Part shown: positions 1 to 9,502 of the stretch, piece after piece
Position numbering within the stretch: position 1 is the first letter of the stretch
Layout of the letters: each line of letters begins with the position of its first letter
Source: an uncultured Alphaproteobacteria bacterium
GTDB taxonomy: Bacteria; Pseudomonadota; Alphaproteobacteria; Rhizobiales; JACESI01
Assembly: GCA_938034375.1 (NCBI GenBank)
Contig: CALHLB010000007.1
Location: 1-53,863, forward strand
Length of the DNA stretch: 53,863 nucleotides
Direction: 5' to 3'
The notes under the pieces: model-generated
Database searches by the model: none
Seen by the model: the letters and a program-made list of their open reading frames with translations, nothing else
Told to the model about the DNA's origin: nothing
Made by a program: the position numbers and the translations under genes

Positions 1-690
1 ATGAATATTTATTAGGTTTAGAATTCAAAATTATCAATGCTATATTCTCCAGACTCATTAAATCCAGTATATAACGATTGCAGCGATTGTAATTGCTGCC
101 ATGAAGACATCGGCTCTACGATCCTACCGTGTTGCAATACGGCGCTAATATTTAAGCCTGCCAAACATTTTCTTGATCTTATGGCGTTGTTTGTATTGGT
201 TTTTGCAGAAGAAAGCTGGCTGATTGCGTCCTCGGCGGGGTGGGATGCAAGAAGCAATGCCCTTGGCTTTCAACGCTGCGCGATACTCATCTGAACGTAG
301 CCTTTGTTGGCAATCATAATTACCTCAACACTGTCGGGTAGGAACGAATACAGAATTTTCGCACCAATATGATCGGAGATTTGTCCAGGAGTCAGACACA
401 TAGCCAATGGTCGGCCTTCACCATCGCAAACAGCATGGAGTTTGGTGTTCAAGCCGCCCTTCGTGCGCCCGATAGTTCCTTCCACTGTAATCCATTCATC
501 AACACATAAATGATGCCCGAAACAACACGCTGATCATCAACGCGCGGCACGTCGTGTGACTTGGGAAAGAAGGGCTCAATCTTCGACATTTGAGCAGGCG
601 ATAGCAAAAACAAATCAGACATGGCAAAACTCCTTTGCCATTTTCAATCACAAATCGGAACTCAATGCTAATTAATAGGTCCTAAGCCTA
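1..690 (-). mobile_element. Degenerate IS5-family (IS427/IS1031-like group) insertion sequence remnant; ends are approximate and the left end may run off the window
   Basis: Three out-of-frame transposase pieces lie on the minus strand (see pseudogene 58..622) and there is no intact ORF. I could not define clean terminal inverted repeats. Confidence 0.65.
58..622 (-). pseudogene. IS5-family transposase pseudogene (internal deletion, frameshifts, two in-frame TAG codons)
   Basis: Reading from the ATG at 622 gives MSDLFLLSPAQMSKIEPFFPKSHDVPRVDDQRVVSGIIYVLMNGLQW, a typical OrfA N-terminus for this IS group. A second frame (ORF 270..485) gives GTIGRTKGGLNTKLHAVCDGEGRPLAMCLTPGQISD. A third frame gives EYRAALKAKGIASCIPPRR..QRHKIKKMFGRLKY*RRIATR*DRRADVFMAAITIAAIVIYWI*. 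The central part of the protein is missing. Confidence 0.75.
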
Positions 691-789
691 GGGTGTTTAA
701 ATTGTGCGGTGATTGAATGATTGATTTAAAGTTTCTTGATATTCCTACCAAGCTTTGAAAATTAGATATATTTAAATTTATGGAAGATA

Positions 790-865
790 TGGTGAGCCGG
801 CAGGGATTCGAACCCTGGACCTACTGATTAAAAGTCAGTTGCTCTACCAACTGAGCTACCGGCTC
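790..865 (-). tRNA. tRNA-Lys (anticodon UUU), CCA encoded
   Basis: The reverse complement is GAGCCGGTAGCTCAGTTGGTAGAGCAACTGACTTTTAATCAGTAGGTCCAGGGTTCGAATCCCTGCCGGCTCACCA. It folds as a cloverleaf: 7-bp acceptor stem, D arm GCTC/GAGC, anticodon loop CTTTTAA, T arm CAGGG-TTCGAAT-CCCTG. Confidence 0.95.
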
Positions 866-1079
866 TAACATGTGATTACATGTAATGTGTGCGGCTTGAT
901 AGGCGTTCATTGTCTGCCAGTCAATAGCAATTTTCAACAAATTTCACATTATTTTCTTGCAATGGATATTAATTACTATCAAGAACTTGTCAAAACCTGT
1001 GCATTGCCTGCTTTTTAAAGGAACTATAAAAAGGGCAAAATGTCTGGAAACCTTAAAAATAAACAAGAGATTTTTTGAT

Positions 1080-1811
1080 ATGGATTTATCAATCGTTACT
1101 GCTTTTTTAGGAGGACTTATTTCCTTCATTTCCCCTTGTGTTTTGCCTTTGGTGCCGCCCTATCTTTGTTATATGGCTGGCATCTCAATTGATCAATTGG
1201 TCGGTGAAGAGGAAACTAAACGCTCTCAAGGCTATATTCTTTTTTCGGCCTTTTGTTTTGTTCTGGGTTTTACGACCGTTTTTGTTGCTTTAGGCACAAG
1301 CGCCTCCATCATTGGGCAGGTATTGCTGCAACATCAAACATTACTTGGTCAAATTGCCGGCATTATTATCATCATAATGGGCCTTCATTTTCTTGGCATT
1401 TTTAAATTAAGTTTTCTGTACAAGGAAGTAAGAGCTGATTCCAGCAAGATAAAATCAGGACCTACGGGCGCTTATATCATGGGTCTTGCATTTGCTTTTG
1501 GTTGGACCCCTTGTATCGGACCAGTTCTGGCAACTATTTTAGCTATAGCTGGAACAGAAGAAAGTGCTGCCCATGGCGCCTTGTTACTGGCAATCTATTC
1601 ACTCGGTATTGGCATACCTTTTATGTTCGCGGCATTTTTCGCAAAATCTTTCATAAATTTTATGAAGCGTTTTCGCCGTTATTTTGGTTCCGTTGAAAAA
1701 GTCATGGGGGGATTACTTATCGCAAGCGGCATTATGTTTATTACCGGATCAATGACTTACATCGCCAATTTTTTAATAGAAGTTTTTCCGGCATTGGCAC
1801 AAATCGGATAA
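1080..1811 (+). CDS. ccdA: Cytochrome c biogenesis protein CcdA (DsbD-family thiol:disulfide electron-transfer membrane protein)
   Basis: Polytopic membrane protein with both conserved Cys motifs (FISPCVLPLVP and GWTPCIGPVL). The start is taken at the internal ATG (MDLSIVTAFLGG); the upstream part of ORF 957.. looks non-coding. Confidence 0.85.
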   Translation: MDLSIVTAFLGGLISFISPCVLPLVPPYLCYMAGISIDQLVGEEETKRSQGYILFSAFCFVLGFTTVFVALGTSASIIGQVLLQHQTLLGQIAGIIIIIMGLHFLGIFKLSFLYKEVRADSSKIKSGPTGAYIMGLAFAFGWTPCIGPVLATILAIAGTEESAAHGALLLAIYSLGIGIPFMFAAFFAKSFINFMKRFRRYFGSVEKVMGGLLIASGIMFITGSMTYIANFLIEVFPALAQIG

Positions 1812-1823
1812 AATCTTAGGCTT

Positions 1824-2846
1824 TTATTTGGGCATGAGCGTTGTTTTGCAATTGTTTTTGGCAAGCTTCAATTGAACACATAAACGAATCGCATCGCTAG
1901 CGTCTGCAAAGGGGCCAGCAATTAGCCGTGTTTCTTGTCTTGTGGAGCCTGTTTTTATATAAACCGGTTTAAAACCAGATAAATCCTTTGAATGGTTTTT
2001 TAAAAGGATTTTCCATAAATTCTCTGCACGTTCTTTTGTGGGGTTAATGCCTAGATCAATTGCAAATTCAGCCTCATTAACACGCGATACACTGCTTACT
2101 ATTGTCTTATCAATTTCAACCTGTGTTAAAGGGGCTGTCTTTGCAATTTCTATCTGGTTTTTGGATTTAATCGTGTTATTTGGATGGGCTTTTTGTGTGG
2201 CTATTGTTTTTAGGTTCTTTTGCCTTGTACTTAGAGGAATTTTTCGAATAGCCACAGATTTTGGTGATAAGTCTTCCTGCCGCTCAGGATTTCTATATGT
2301 TTTTGAATCATTAATGGGCAGTTTAATGCTTTCCTGCGCCTTATCAACTGTCGCTGCCGCCAGATTTAAATCTTTTTGCAGTTTTTCTATTTTTCCCGAA
2401 TTCTTAGATAAAGCGCCCTCTAACTCTGCAATTCGAACATTAAGTATGGCTTGCTCATTTCTTAAGCGTTTTACCATACTTCTTAAATTATCAATTTGAT
2501 GGTTCTGCTCTTTACGAGTTTCAACATCTTTTGCCTTGCGCTGTGTAACATTGATTTCATTTGTTTGAGCAACAGGGGAAGGACGACCAATGGTTGCTGT
2601 GGTTCTATAATCAATTTCTTGGGTTTTATCAATCACAGATGGACGTGCCTGCTTCCTGTTTTCAAAATCAATAGAAAAAAAAGTGAAGCCCGCTATAACT
2701 GTAGAAATGAAAGCAATTCCGCCAAAAAAAGCAAAATGCTTGCTATCGAAAAAGGCTGTGTCTTCCTCTTTTTTGACGATTTTCTGCTTCATTTGTGTTT
2801 TTTCACTGGAACTTTTAAAAGCCATAGTGTTTTCATCCTGCTGCAA
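1824..2846 (-). CDS. SPOR-domain membrane protein (N-terminal TM helix, central coiled coil, C-terminal SPOR peptidoglycan-binding domain)
   Basis: TM segment FFGGIAFISTVIAGFTFF, heptad-like region RLRNEQAILNVRIAELEGALSKNSGKIEKLQKDL, and a SPOR-like C-terminus EFAIDLGINPTKERAENLW...RLIAGPFADASDAIRLCVQLK. Confidence 0.7.
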   Translation of the reverse strand: MQQDENTMAFKSSSEKTQMKQKIVKKEEDTAFFDSKHFAFFGGIAFISTVIAGFTFFSIDFENRKQARPSVIDKTQEIDYRTTATIGRPSPVAQTNEINVTQRKAKDVETRKEQNHQIDNLRSMVKRLRNEQAILNVRIAELEGALSKNSGKIEKLQKDLNLAAATVDKAQESIKLPINDSKTYRNPERQEDLSPKSVAIRKIPLSTRQKNLKTIATQKAHPNNTIKSKNQIEIAKTAPLTQVEIDKTIVSSVSRVNEAEFAIDLGINPTKERAENLWKILLKNHSKDLSGFKPVYIKTGSTRQETRLIAGPFADASDAIRLCVQLKLAKNNCKTTLMPK

Positions 2847-2918
2847 CGCATATGCATTTTGCAGTACTGTACAGGATTCGTTTTTGAATCGTGAATATAA
2901 TTTAGAGAGCAGGTGGTT

Positions 2919-4289
2919 ATGTCTGATACTTTTACTGATAGATTTCTGGGTATTCTTTTAGCCGCGGGGGAGGGAACGCGTATGCGTTCTAACCTGCCAA
3001 AAGTTCTGCATAAAATCGGCGGCCTTTCAATGGTTGGCCATGTTATTAGGGCTTTTGAAGGCGCGGGATGTGAAAATTTGGCGCTTGTCGTTGGCAACCA
3101 GGCTGAAAAAGTTTCACAGGAATGCGAGAAACTATCATCTCGTCTCATCTCTTATATTCAAAATGAACGATTAGGAACGGCCCACGCGGTTCTTGCAGCT
3201 CAAGAATCGTTCAAAGATGGCAAGAACCACATTATTATAGGTTATGGTGATACGCCACTTGTTACAGCAGAACTTTTTAACGCAATCAAAGATGCTTTAC
3301 TAGAAGGAGCTGACATTGCTGTTTTAGGTTTTGAAAGCGACAATCCGCATGGTTACGGACGCTTAGTGATGAATGGGGAAGCACTTATAGCCATTCGTGA
3401 AGAAAAAGACGCCAATGATGAAGAGCGCGCCATTAAGTTTTGTAATAGCGGGATTATGGGTTTACGTGGCAAACATGCCCATGACATCTTAAGGGTAATT
3501 GGAAATAATAACGCAAAGGGCGAATATTATTTAACCGATGCGGTGGAAATAGCCCATGCAAAAGGTTTGAAAGTGCGCGCCGTTATAGGAAAAGAAGAAG
3601 AAACTTTGGGCGTTAATAACCGATACGAATTAAGCAATGCGGAAGCAATTTTTCAGCGCCGTAAACGTAAAGAATTCATGCTTTCTGGCGTTACATTACA
3701 AGCCCCTGAAACAACCTTTTTTTCATATGATACAGAAATTGGTGCAGATAGCGTGATTGAACCAAATTGTTTTTTTGCACCTGGTGTATGTTTGGCTGAG
3801 AACGTTACCATTAAAGCAAATTCTTATTTGGAAGGCGATGTGGTAAATAATAAAAAAGTATCCATTGCAAGTGAAGCTATTATAGGGCCTTTTGCAAGAT
3901 TGCGCCCTGGAAGTCTCATTGGAGAAAAAGTCAAAGTTGGAAATTTTTGCGAAATTAAAAACGCACAGATTGAAAAAGGCGCTAAAGTTAATCATCTTAC
4001 TTATATCGGCGATGCGGAAATTGGTGCTGGTGCCAATATCGGAGCCGGCACTATTACTTGTAACTATGATGGGTATTCCAAGTATAAAACAATTATCGGA
4101 CAAAATGCCTTTATTGGTTCCAATTCATCTCTTGTTGCTCCTATTACAATTGAAAGCGGCGCTTATATTGGTTCTGGTAGCGTTGTAACTAAAAACGTTG
4201 AAAAAGATGCTTTGGCTGTGGCGCGTGGCAAGCTGCGTATCATTTCTGGTTGGGCAGAAGTTTTTAGAGGTAAGAAAATACAAAAATAA
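2919..4289 (+). CDS. glmU: Bifunctional UDP-N-acetylglucosamine pyrophosphorylase / glucosamine-1-phosphate N-acetyltransferase
   Basis: N-terminal LLAAGEGTRM nucleotidyltransferase motif and C-terminal left-handed beta-helix hexapeptide repeats (IGAGANIGAGTITCNYDG). ATG at 2919 is preferred over GTG at 2913 (RBS-like GAGAGCAGG upstream). Confidence 0.95.
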   Translation: MSDTFTDRFLGILLAAGEGTRMRSNLPKVLHKIGGLSMVGHVIRAFEGAGCENLALVVGNQAEKVSQECEKLSSRLISYIQNERLGTAHAVLAAQESFKDGKNHIIIGYGDTPLVTAELFNAIKDALLEGADIAVLGFESDNPHGYGRLVMNGEALIAIREEKDANDEERAIKFCNSGIMGLRGKHAHDILRVIGNNNAKGEYYLTDAVEIAHAKGLKVRAVIGKEEETLGVNNRYELSNAEAIFQRRKRKEFMLSGVTLQAPETTFFSYDTEIGADSVIEPNCFFAPGVCLAENVTIKANSYLEGDVVNNKKVSIASEAIIGPFARLRPGSLIGEKVKVGNFCEIKNAQIEKGAKVNHLTYIGDAEIGAGANIGAGTITCNYDGYSKYKTIIGQNAFIGSNSSLVAPITIESGAYIGSGSVVTKNVEKDALAVARGKLRIISGWAEVFRGKKIQK

Positions 4290-4416
4290 CTGTTTTGTTA
4301 AAACTTTTGCGATAGGTCATACAAAAAAACTAATGTTAAAAATATGTCATGAAGTGTGACTTTTCATTTACGGCTTACAAAGCTAATCAAGAGCGAGTTT
4401 AAAACAGGTTTTTATT

Positions 4417-6243
4417 ATGTGTGGTATTATTGGTATCTTAGGGCAGCGCCCTGTTGCTCCGCTTCTTGTTGATGCGCTTAAACGGCTGGAATATCGAGGG
4501 TATGATTCAGCTGGTGTTGCCACTTTGGAAGAAGGTGTTTTGAAACGCTGTCGTGCTGAAGGTAAGCTGGTAAATCTTGAGGCGGCCTTAAAAGATACCA
4601 ATTTGGAAGGCACAAGCGGCATTGGCCACACAAGATGGGCTACCCATGGTGTACCCAGCATAGCCAATGCCCACCCCCATTGTTCAACCCGTGTTGGTGT
4701 TGTTCATAATGGAATTATAGAAAACTTTCGTGAATTACGTGAGAAACTTGAAGGACAGGGCTATCGCTTTGAATCGCAAACAGACACTGAAGTGATTGCC
4801 CATTTTATTGATTCAAAGCTTGCAAAGGGAGAAACTCCGGTTGGGGCTGTTCAATCCGCTTTAAAAGAACTTCATGGTGCTTTTGCTCTGGCAATTTTAT
4901 TTTCTGGTGAAAATGATTTAATGATTGGCGCCAGACGCGGAAGCCCTCTTGCTATTGGCCATGGTAAGGGAGAGGTATTTTTAGGGTCAGATGCCATTGC
5001 CCTTTCCCCTTTCACTAATGAAATTACCTATCTTCAAGATGGTGATTTTGTTGTTGCAACACGACAATCTATTGAAATTTATGGTGAAGACGGCACTGCC
5101 GTTTCAAGGCCACGACAGGTTTCTGTTGCCGTCTCGACAATGGCAGAAAAAGGCAATCATCGCCATTTTATGCAAAAAGAAATTTATGAGCAAAGCGATG
5201 TTATTTTGCGTACGCTCAATCATTATCTTGATGTAGAAAAAGGCATTCAAAGGCTCCCCCAAGAAAAACCGTTTAACTTCAAGGATATTTCCCGTCTTTA
5301 TATTTCGGCCTGTGGTACAGCCTATTATGCAGGGTTGGTAGCTAAATACTGGTTTGAAAAAATTGCGCGTTTGCCAGTGGATATGGATGTGGCGTCAGAA
5401 TTTCGCTATCGGGAAATACCTTTGGATAAAGATGGGCTTGCTCTCTTCATCTCTCAATCAGGCGAAACAGCTGATACGTTGGCAAGTCTGCGTTATTGCA
5501 AAGGGGAGGAGTTGCCCATAGCTTCAATCGTCAATGTTCAAGAATCCACGATTGCGCGTGAGAGTACAATTGTTTTTCCAACATTGGCTGGCCCTGAAAT
5601 TGGCGTTGCATCAACAAAAGCTTTTACATGCCAACTTGCAGCTCTTGCTTGCCTTGTGGTTGAAGCGGCAATTGAGCGGGGTGTTTTAAATACTGAACAA
5701 GCAAAAGAACTTATATTAGAATACCAAAATATACCAATTTTGATTGAGCAGGCTTTGCAGCTTGAACAGTCAATTGATATTCTCTCCCGTGATTTATCAA
5801 AAGTTAAAGACGTTTTATATCTAGGGCGGGGAACAAGTTTTGCCTTAGCCCTTGAAGGGGCTTTGAAGCTGAAAGAAATTTCTTACATACATGCTGAAGG
5901 GTATGCAGCAGGCGAATTAAAACATGGGCCTATCGCGCTAATTGATGAAAATATGCCCGTTGTTGTGATTGCGCCTTATGATGAAATTTTTGAAAAAACT
6001 GTCTCTAATATGCAAGAAGTGGCAGCGCGCGGTGGAAAAATTATTTTAATAACTGATAAACAAGGTGCTAGGGAGGCTGATATTGAGGCATACCAAACAA
6101 TCATTATGCCCAATATGCCAGATCATTTAACACCGTTAATTTATGCAATACCCATTCAGCTTCTGGCCTATCATACTGCGGTTTTCATGGGGACGGATGT
6201 TGACCAACCGAGAAATCTAGCCAAATCGGTAACCGTAGAATAA
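4417..6243 (+). CDS. glmS: Glutamine--fructose-6-phosphate aminotransferase
   Basis: MCGIIG N-terminal nucleophile Cys, two SIS domains, C-terminal DQPRNLAKSVTVE; 608 aa. Confidence 0.97.
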   Translation: MCGIIGILGQRPVAPLLVDALKRLEYRGYDSAGVATLEEGVLKRCRAEGKLVNLEAALKDTNLEGTSGIGHTRWATHGVPSIANAHPHCSTRVGVVHNGIIENFRELREKLEGQGYRFESQTDTEVIAHFIDSKLAKGETPVGAVQSALKELHGAFALAILFSGENDLMIGARRGSPLAIGHGKGEVFLGSDAIALSPFTNEITYLQDGDFVVATRQSIEIYGEDGTAVSRPRQVSVAVSTMAEKGNHRHFMQKEIYEQSDVILRTLNHYLDVEKGIQRLPQEKPFNFKDISRLYISACGTAYYAGLVAKYWFEKIARLPVDMDVASEFRYREIPLDKDGLALFISQSGETADTLASLRYCKGEELPIASIVNVQESTIARESTIVFPTLAGPEIGVASTKAFTCQLAALACLVVEAAIERGVLNTEQAKELILEYQNIPILIEQALQLEQSIDILSRDLSKVKDVLYLGRGTSFALALEGALKLKEISYIHAEGYAAGELKHGPIALIDENMPVVVIAPYDEIFEKTVSNMQEVAARGGKIILITDKQGAREADIEAYQTIIMPNMPDHLTPLIYAIPIQLLAYHTAVFMGTDVDQPRNLAKSVTVE

Positions 6244-6343
6244 GCTTTTTTGAATGTTTCTTATTTTATATCTTGGTTCTTTATTTGGAAGTGCTATCTA
6301 ATAGAAGTGTTTTATTGTATAAGTTGAAATTTAAAGGGTTATA

Positions 6344-7024
6344 ATGTCTGAAAATAATAATATTTTAGAATCAGGCACCAAAAGCGCTGGTGCTTTTACT
6401 CGTTTGAGAAATTATTTTCTTACGGGTATTGTTATAGCGGCCCCCATAAGCATTACAATTTATCTAACCTGGACTTTTGTCTCCTTTGTGGATGAAAGTG
6501 TAAAGCCTCTTATACCTGCTGTTTATAATCCAGATAATTATTTGCCATTTTCTGTGCCAGGTGTCGGTCTTATTGTTGCTATTTTTGCTTTAACCATGCT
6601 TGGTTTTTTAACTGCCAACTATCTGGGTAGAAGCATGATTGCTTCCAGTGAGCGCATGTTAAGCCGTATGCCCTTAATCCGAAATTTATATAGTGGCTTA
6701 AAACAACTTTTTGAAACTGTTTTATCTCAAAAACAAAAAAGCTTTCAAAAGGCAGGCATAATAGAATACCCACGAAAAGGGCTTTATGCCGTGGTTTTTA
6801 TTTCAACACAAACCAAAGGCGAGGTAAAATCAAAATTGACTGAAAGTGGTGTTCCTTCTGAAGAAAATATTATTTCTGTTTTCTTGCCAACTACTCCCAA
6901 CCCAACATCTGGCTTTCTTCTTTTTGTCAAAGAAACTGATGTTACTTTATTAGATATGTCTGTTGAAGAGGCTGCAAAACTTGTTATTTCTGCCGGTCTT
7001 GTTTCACCAGAAGAAGATGAGTAA
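6344..7024 (+). CDS. DUF502-family membrane protein
   Basis: Two N-terminal TM helices followed by the conserved IPLIRNLYSGLKQ and EYPRKGLYAVVF...PTTPNPTSGF pattern typical of DUF502/COG2928. Confidence 0.7.
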   Translation: MSENNNILESGTKSAGAFTRLRNYFLTGIVIAAPISITIYLTWTFVSFVDESVKPLIPAVYNPDNYLPFSVPGVGLIVAIFALTMLGFLTANYLGRSMIASSERMLSRMPLIRNLYSGLKQLFETVLSQKQKSFQKAGIIEYPRKGLYAVVFISTQTKGEVKSKLTESGVPSEENIISVFLPTTPNPTSGFLLFVKETDVTLLDMSVEEAAKLVISAGLVSPEEDE

Positions 7025-7054
7025 TTCATAAGGGCTTTTTGTTGGTAATATCCT

Positions 7055-7693
7055 CTACAAATTTACAATATCCTGATTGAGGAATAAAAGAATGCCAAGC
7101 GCTGTTAAGGCCATTCCAATAACAATATTAAAGATTTTTTGATTACTCAAAATTCGATCACGTATTTTTCCAGATGACATAAAGCGTGCAATGGCTGCAA
7201 ACCATAAGAAATGCGAAAGAGATATGAAAGCACCCCATAAAAACTGCTCAATGAGCGGCGTTTCTGCCCCTATAACTTGACTGTATAAGCTAATGACAAA
7301 AATAGAAGTTTTTGGATTAAGAGAATTTGTTAAAAAACCTGTTCCATAATAACGCCAATGGCTATTAAGAGACTGATTTTTTATATCATTTACATTTAAA
7401 GTCTTGGAGAATATTGTTGTATAACCGATATAAACGAGATAGGCTGCACCCAATATTTGAATATAGACAAAAAGATCTGGAATAAATTTCAAAATAAGAG
7501 CAAGGCCCAGTGCTGCATAAGTTACGTGAACCCAACAACCAGAAGCAATGCCTGCTGAAGAAGCTAAACCGGCTCCACGGCCGTAAAGAGAACTATTTCT
7601 CGATACGACCGCAAAGTCTGCCCCGGGACTAATAACAGCAAGCCATGTAATAGTAGCGATTATTATTGCTTGTTCCATTACGTTTCTTTTCAA
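7055..7693 (-). CDS. LysE/RhtB-family amino-acid exporter
   Basis: 212 aa, about six TM helices, N-terminal ISPGADF motif typical of LysE-type translocators. Confidence 0.8.
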   Translation of the reverse strand: MKRNVMEQAIIIATITWLAVISPGADFAVVSRNSSLYGRGAGLASSAGIASGCWVHVTYAALGLALILKFIPDLFVYIQILGAAYLVYIGYTTIFSKTLNVNDIKNQSLNSHWRYYGTGFLTNSLNPKTSIFVISLYSQVIGAETPLIEQFLWGAFISLSHFLWFAAIARFMSSGKIRDRILSNQKIFNIVIGMALTALGILLFLNQDIVNL

Positions 7694-7729
7694 TAAGACC
7701 TAAAGAAAATTTCTTATCTATTTGATAAA

Positions 7730-8500
7730 TCAGGATTTTCTTTTAAAAGTTACAACGAGCATGTCACGCAACCCCTTTTCATCAGGGTTTTGCGGAAGAA
7801 TGGGCGTAACGCCATGAGCAACGCGTAAATCATTAACCATCACGGCTTCCATAGAGTTTTTTAATGTAAAGCGGGTTAGTACATTACCGTCCAAATCTTC
7901 AACGGTTGTTTCGCCTTCGATAATGTTTTGACGGTCTATAAAGACCATCAAAACAAAATCCACACCATCTTGGTGCACTCCTTCTGGCGTAGGCTTTCCG
8001 CCACTCTCCTGCGCCAGAATACGAAATTGATGAACTTCTATATGCCAATCATTCAAAGGAGAAACGGCCCCAAAAATTTTTGTGGCGAAATTCATAATTC
8101 CTTTAAAAACTTTGTTTTCACTGATTGATTTTTCAATCGGTTGAAAGTATCTTTCTACGCCACCGTTTAGTGTGTTGAATTTTGTCGTTTGATAATGAGG
8201 TTGATGTGGCTCCCTTTGAACATTTCCACCAGATTTGCCGGCTGAAAAAACACTGTGGCGTCTATGTCTGTACCGTCCACCATCTGCCATATATTCATCT
8301 TCAGCGAGAGAGTTCCAACTTGCTTTGAATGTTTCAATATCAGAATTATCAGGAGAGCCAATTTCATCAAGAAAGTCAGAAGAAGTAATGCGAACAAAAT
8401 CATTTTTTGCAAGTTCCTGGCTAAGGGCCGGGGGCTGGGAAATTACATCTTTTACAGAAATGTTTAAGGGTGTTATTTGCATAATCGCCAACTCTTTCAT
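7730..8500 (-). CDS. 2-oxoglutarate/Fe(II)-dependent dioxygenase of the PF10014 (2OG-Fe_Oxy_2 / IDO-like) type
   Basis: GGRYRHRRHS segment, HxD motif in PEGVHQDGVDF and a distal His in LRVAHGVTP. The size (256 aa) and layout resemble free L-amino-acid hydroxylases of this family. Confidence 0.65.
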   Translation of the reverse strand: MKELAIMQITPLNISVKDVISQPPALSQELAKNDFVRITSSDFLDEIGSPDNSDIETFKASWNSLAEDEYMADGGRYRHRRHSVFSAGKSGGNVQREPHQPHYQTTKFNTLNGGVERYFQPIEKSISENKVFKGIMNFATKIFGAVSPLNDWHIEVHQFRILAQESGGKPTPEGVHQDGVDFVLMVFIDRQNIIEGETTVEDLDGNVLTRFTLKNSMEAVMVNDLRVAHGVTPILPQNPDEKGLRDMLVVTFKRKS

Positions 8501-8552
8501 GCACTCAATCCATCAACACAGTCAATTCAGTTAAGCACCGAAATGGTTATGA

Positions 8553-8567
8553 TTAATAACGAATTAA
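8553..8567. promoter_or_regulatory. Candidate LysR-type binding site (T-N11-A dyad TTAAT-N5-ATTAA) in the divergent promoter region
   Basis: Perfect 5-bp inverted arms TTAATAACGAATTAA between the divergent dioxygenase (start 8500) and LysR gene (start 8598). The background is AT-rich, so a chance occurrence is possible. Confidence 0.3.
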
Positions 8568-8597
8568 TTTCATGATTTAAGATGAGAAAATTTCATA

Positions 8598-9485
8598 ATG
8601 AATGAATTTCCAAGAAAAACGAATTTGAATTTGAAGGCACTCAAAACTTTTGAGGTATGCGCCCGCCATGAAAGTTTTGCCTCTGCTGCCAATGAGCTTT
8701 TTGTTACGCAAGGGGCTGTGAGCAAACAGATTTTGAAACTGGAAGAAAATATCGGTTTTTCTTTATTTATTAGAGATTGCAACAGAAATTATCTTTCACC
8801 CGCGGGTAGGGAGCTGGCTAATCATCTTGAAAAAATGTTTGAAGAACTCAACATTGTTATCAATCATCTGGATGAAAAAGATCGCTGGCCCCTTGTTATT
8901 TCTTGTGAACCAACAATCTGTCTTAAATTCCTCATTCCTCTTGTTCCTGAAATTGAAAAAGATACTGGCATTACTACCAGAATTTTATCAGGTGGCGGTC
9001 CGGTAGATTTTAGAAAGAATCACATTGACCTTGCCGTCAGGCGAAATGATTTCATTGTTGATGAAGGGCTTGAAATTTTAACAATAGCTGATGAATATAT
9101 GGGGCCTGTTCATCTGCCCGAACTTGAATTTTCTAAAGGTCAAAAAGATGAAAATTTTATGCGCATTCACACCCGAACAAGGCCGTATGCTTGGCGGGAT
9201 TGGCAAAAAGATACGCGTCATTCAGGAATGAAAACGGATCTCTATCATGAACATCATTTTTTAGCACTTGAAGCAGCCGAAAGCGCACAAGGGGTCGCAA
9301 TGATGTCTTTATACATGGTGGCTCGCTCTTTAGAGGTTGGAAAACTTATCGCGCCTAATGGTTTTAGAAAAGATGGTTCAAGTTATATCTGCCTATCACG
9401 AGACCCGATTGAACTTGACGACCGCAAAATTAAAATAATTGACTGGTTACAGAAGAAATTTCAAAGCTGTAAAAAGTTTATTTGA
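8598..9485 (+). CDS. LysR-family transcriptional regulator
   Basis: N-terminal HTH (LKTFEVCARHESFASAANELFVTQGAVSKQILKLEENIG) plus a substrate-binding domain; divergent from the dioxygenase gene. Confidence 0.85.
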   Translation: MNEFPRKTNLNLKALKTFEVCARHESFASAANELFVTQGAVSKQILKLEENIGFSLFIRDCNRNYLSPAGRELANHLEKMFEELNIVINHLDEKDRWPLVISCEPTICLKFLIPLVPEIEKDTGITTRILSGGGPVDFRKNHIDLAVRRNDFIVDEGLEILTIADEYMGPVHLPELEFSKGQKDENFMRIHTRTRPYAWRDWQKDTRHSGMKTDLYHEHHFLALEAAESAQGVAMMSLYMVARSLEVGKLIAPNGFRKDGSSYICLSRDPIELDDRKIKIIDWLQKKFQSCKKFI

Positions 9486-9502
9486 ACAAAGTCGTTTAAA
9501 AT

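Noticed and set aside
1-690. Terminal inverted repeats or target duplications of the IS5-family remnant
   Set aside because: The sequences near both ends (TTAGGTTTAGAA and TAGGTCCTAAGCC) are partly self-palindromic and do not align convincingly as inverted repeats. The left end may also be outside the window.
957-1079. N-terminal extensions of track ORFs (ccdA 957..1079, recG 11618..11740, argF 26486..26566, gcrA 28058..28108, pstA 34468..34518, dcd 51646..51702, metZ 51487..51516)
   Set aside because: The conserved protein N-termini begin at internal Met codons with better spacing to RBS-like sequences or to upstream stops. The extensions overlap neighbouring genes or regulatory RNA.
2038-2961. 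ORFs of 92-153 aa on the plus strand opposite the SPOR-domain gene
   Set aside because: They are antisense to a well-supported gene. Their low-complexity Phe/Leu/Cys-rich translations are typical of reverse-frame artefacts in AT-rich DNA.
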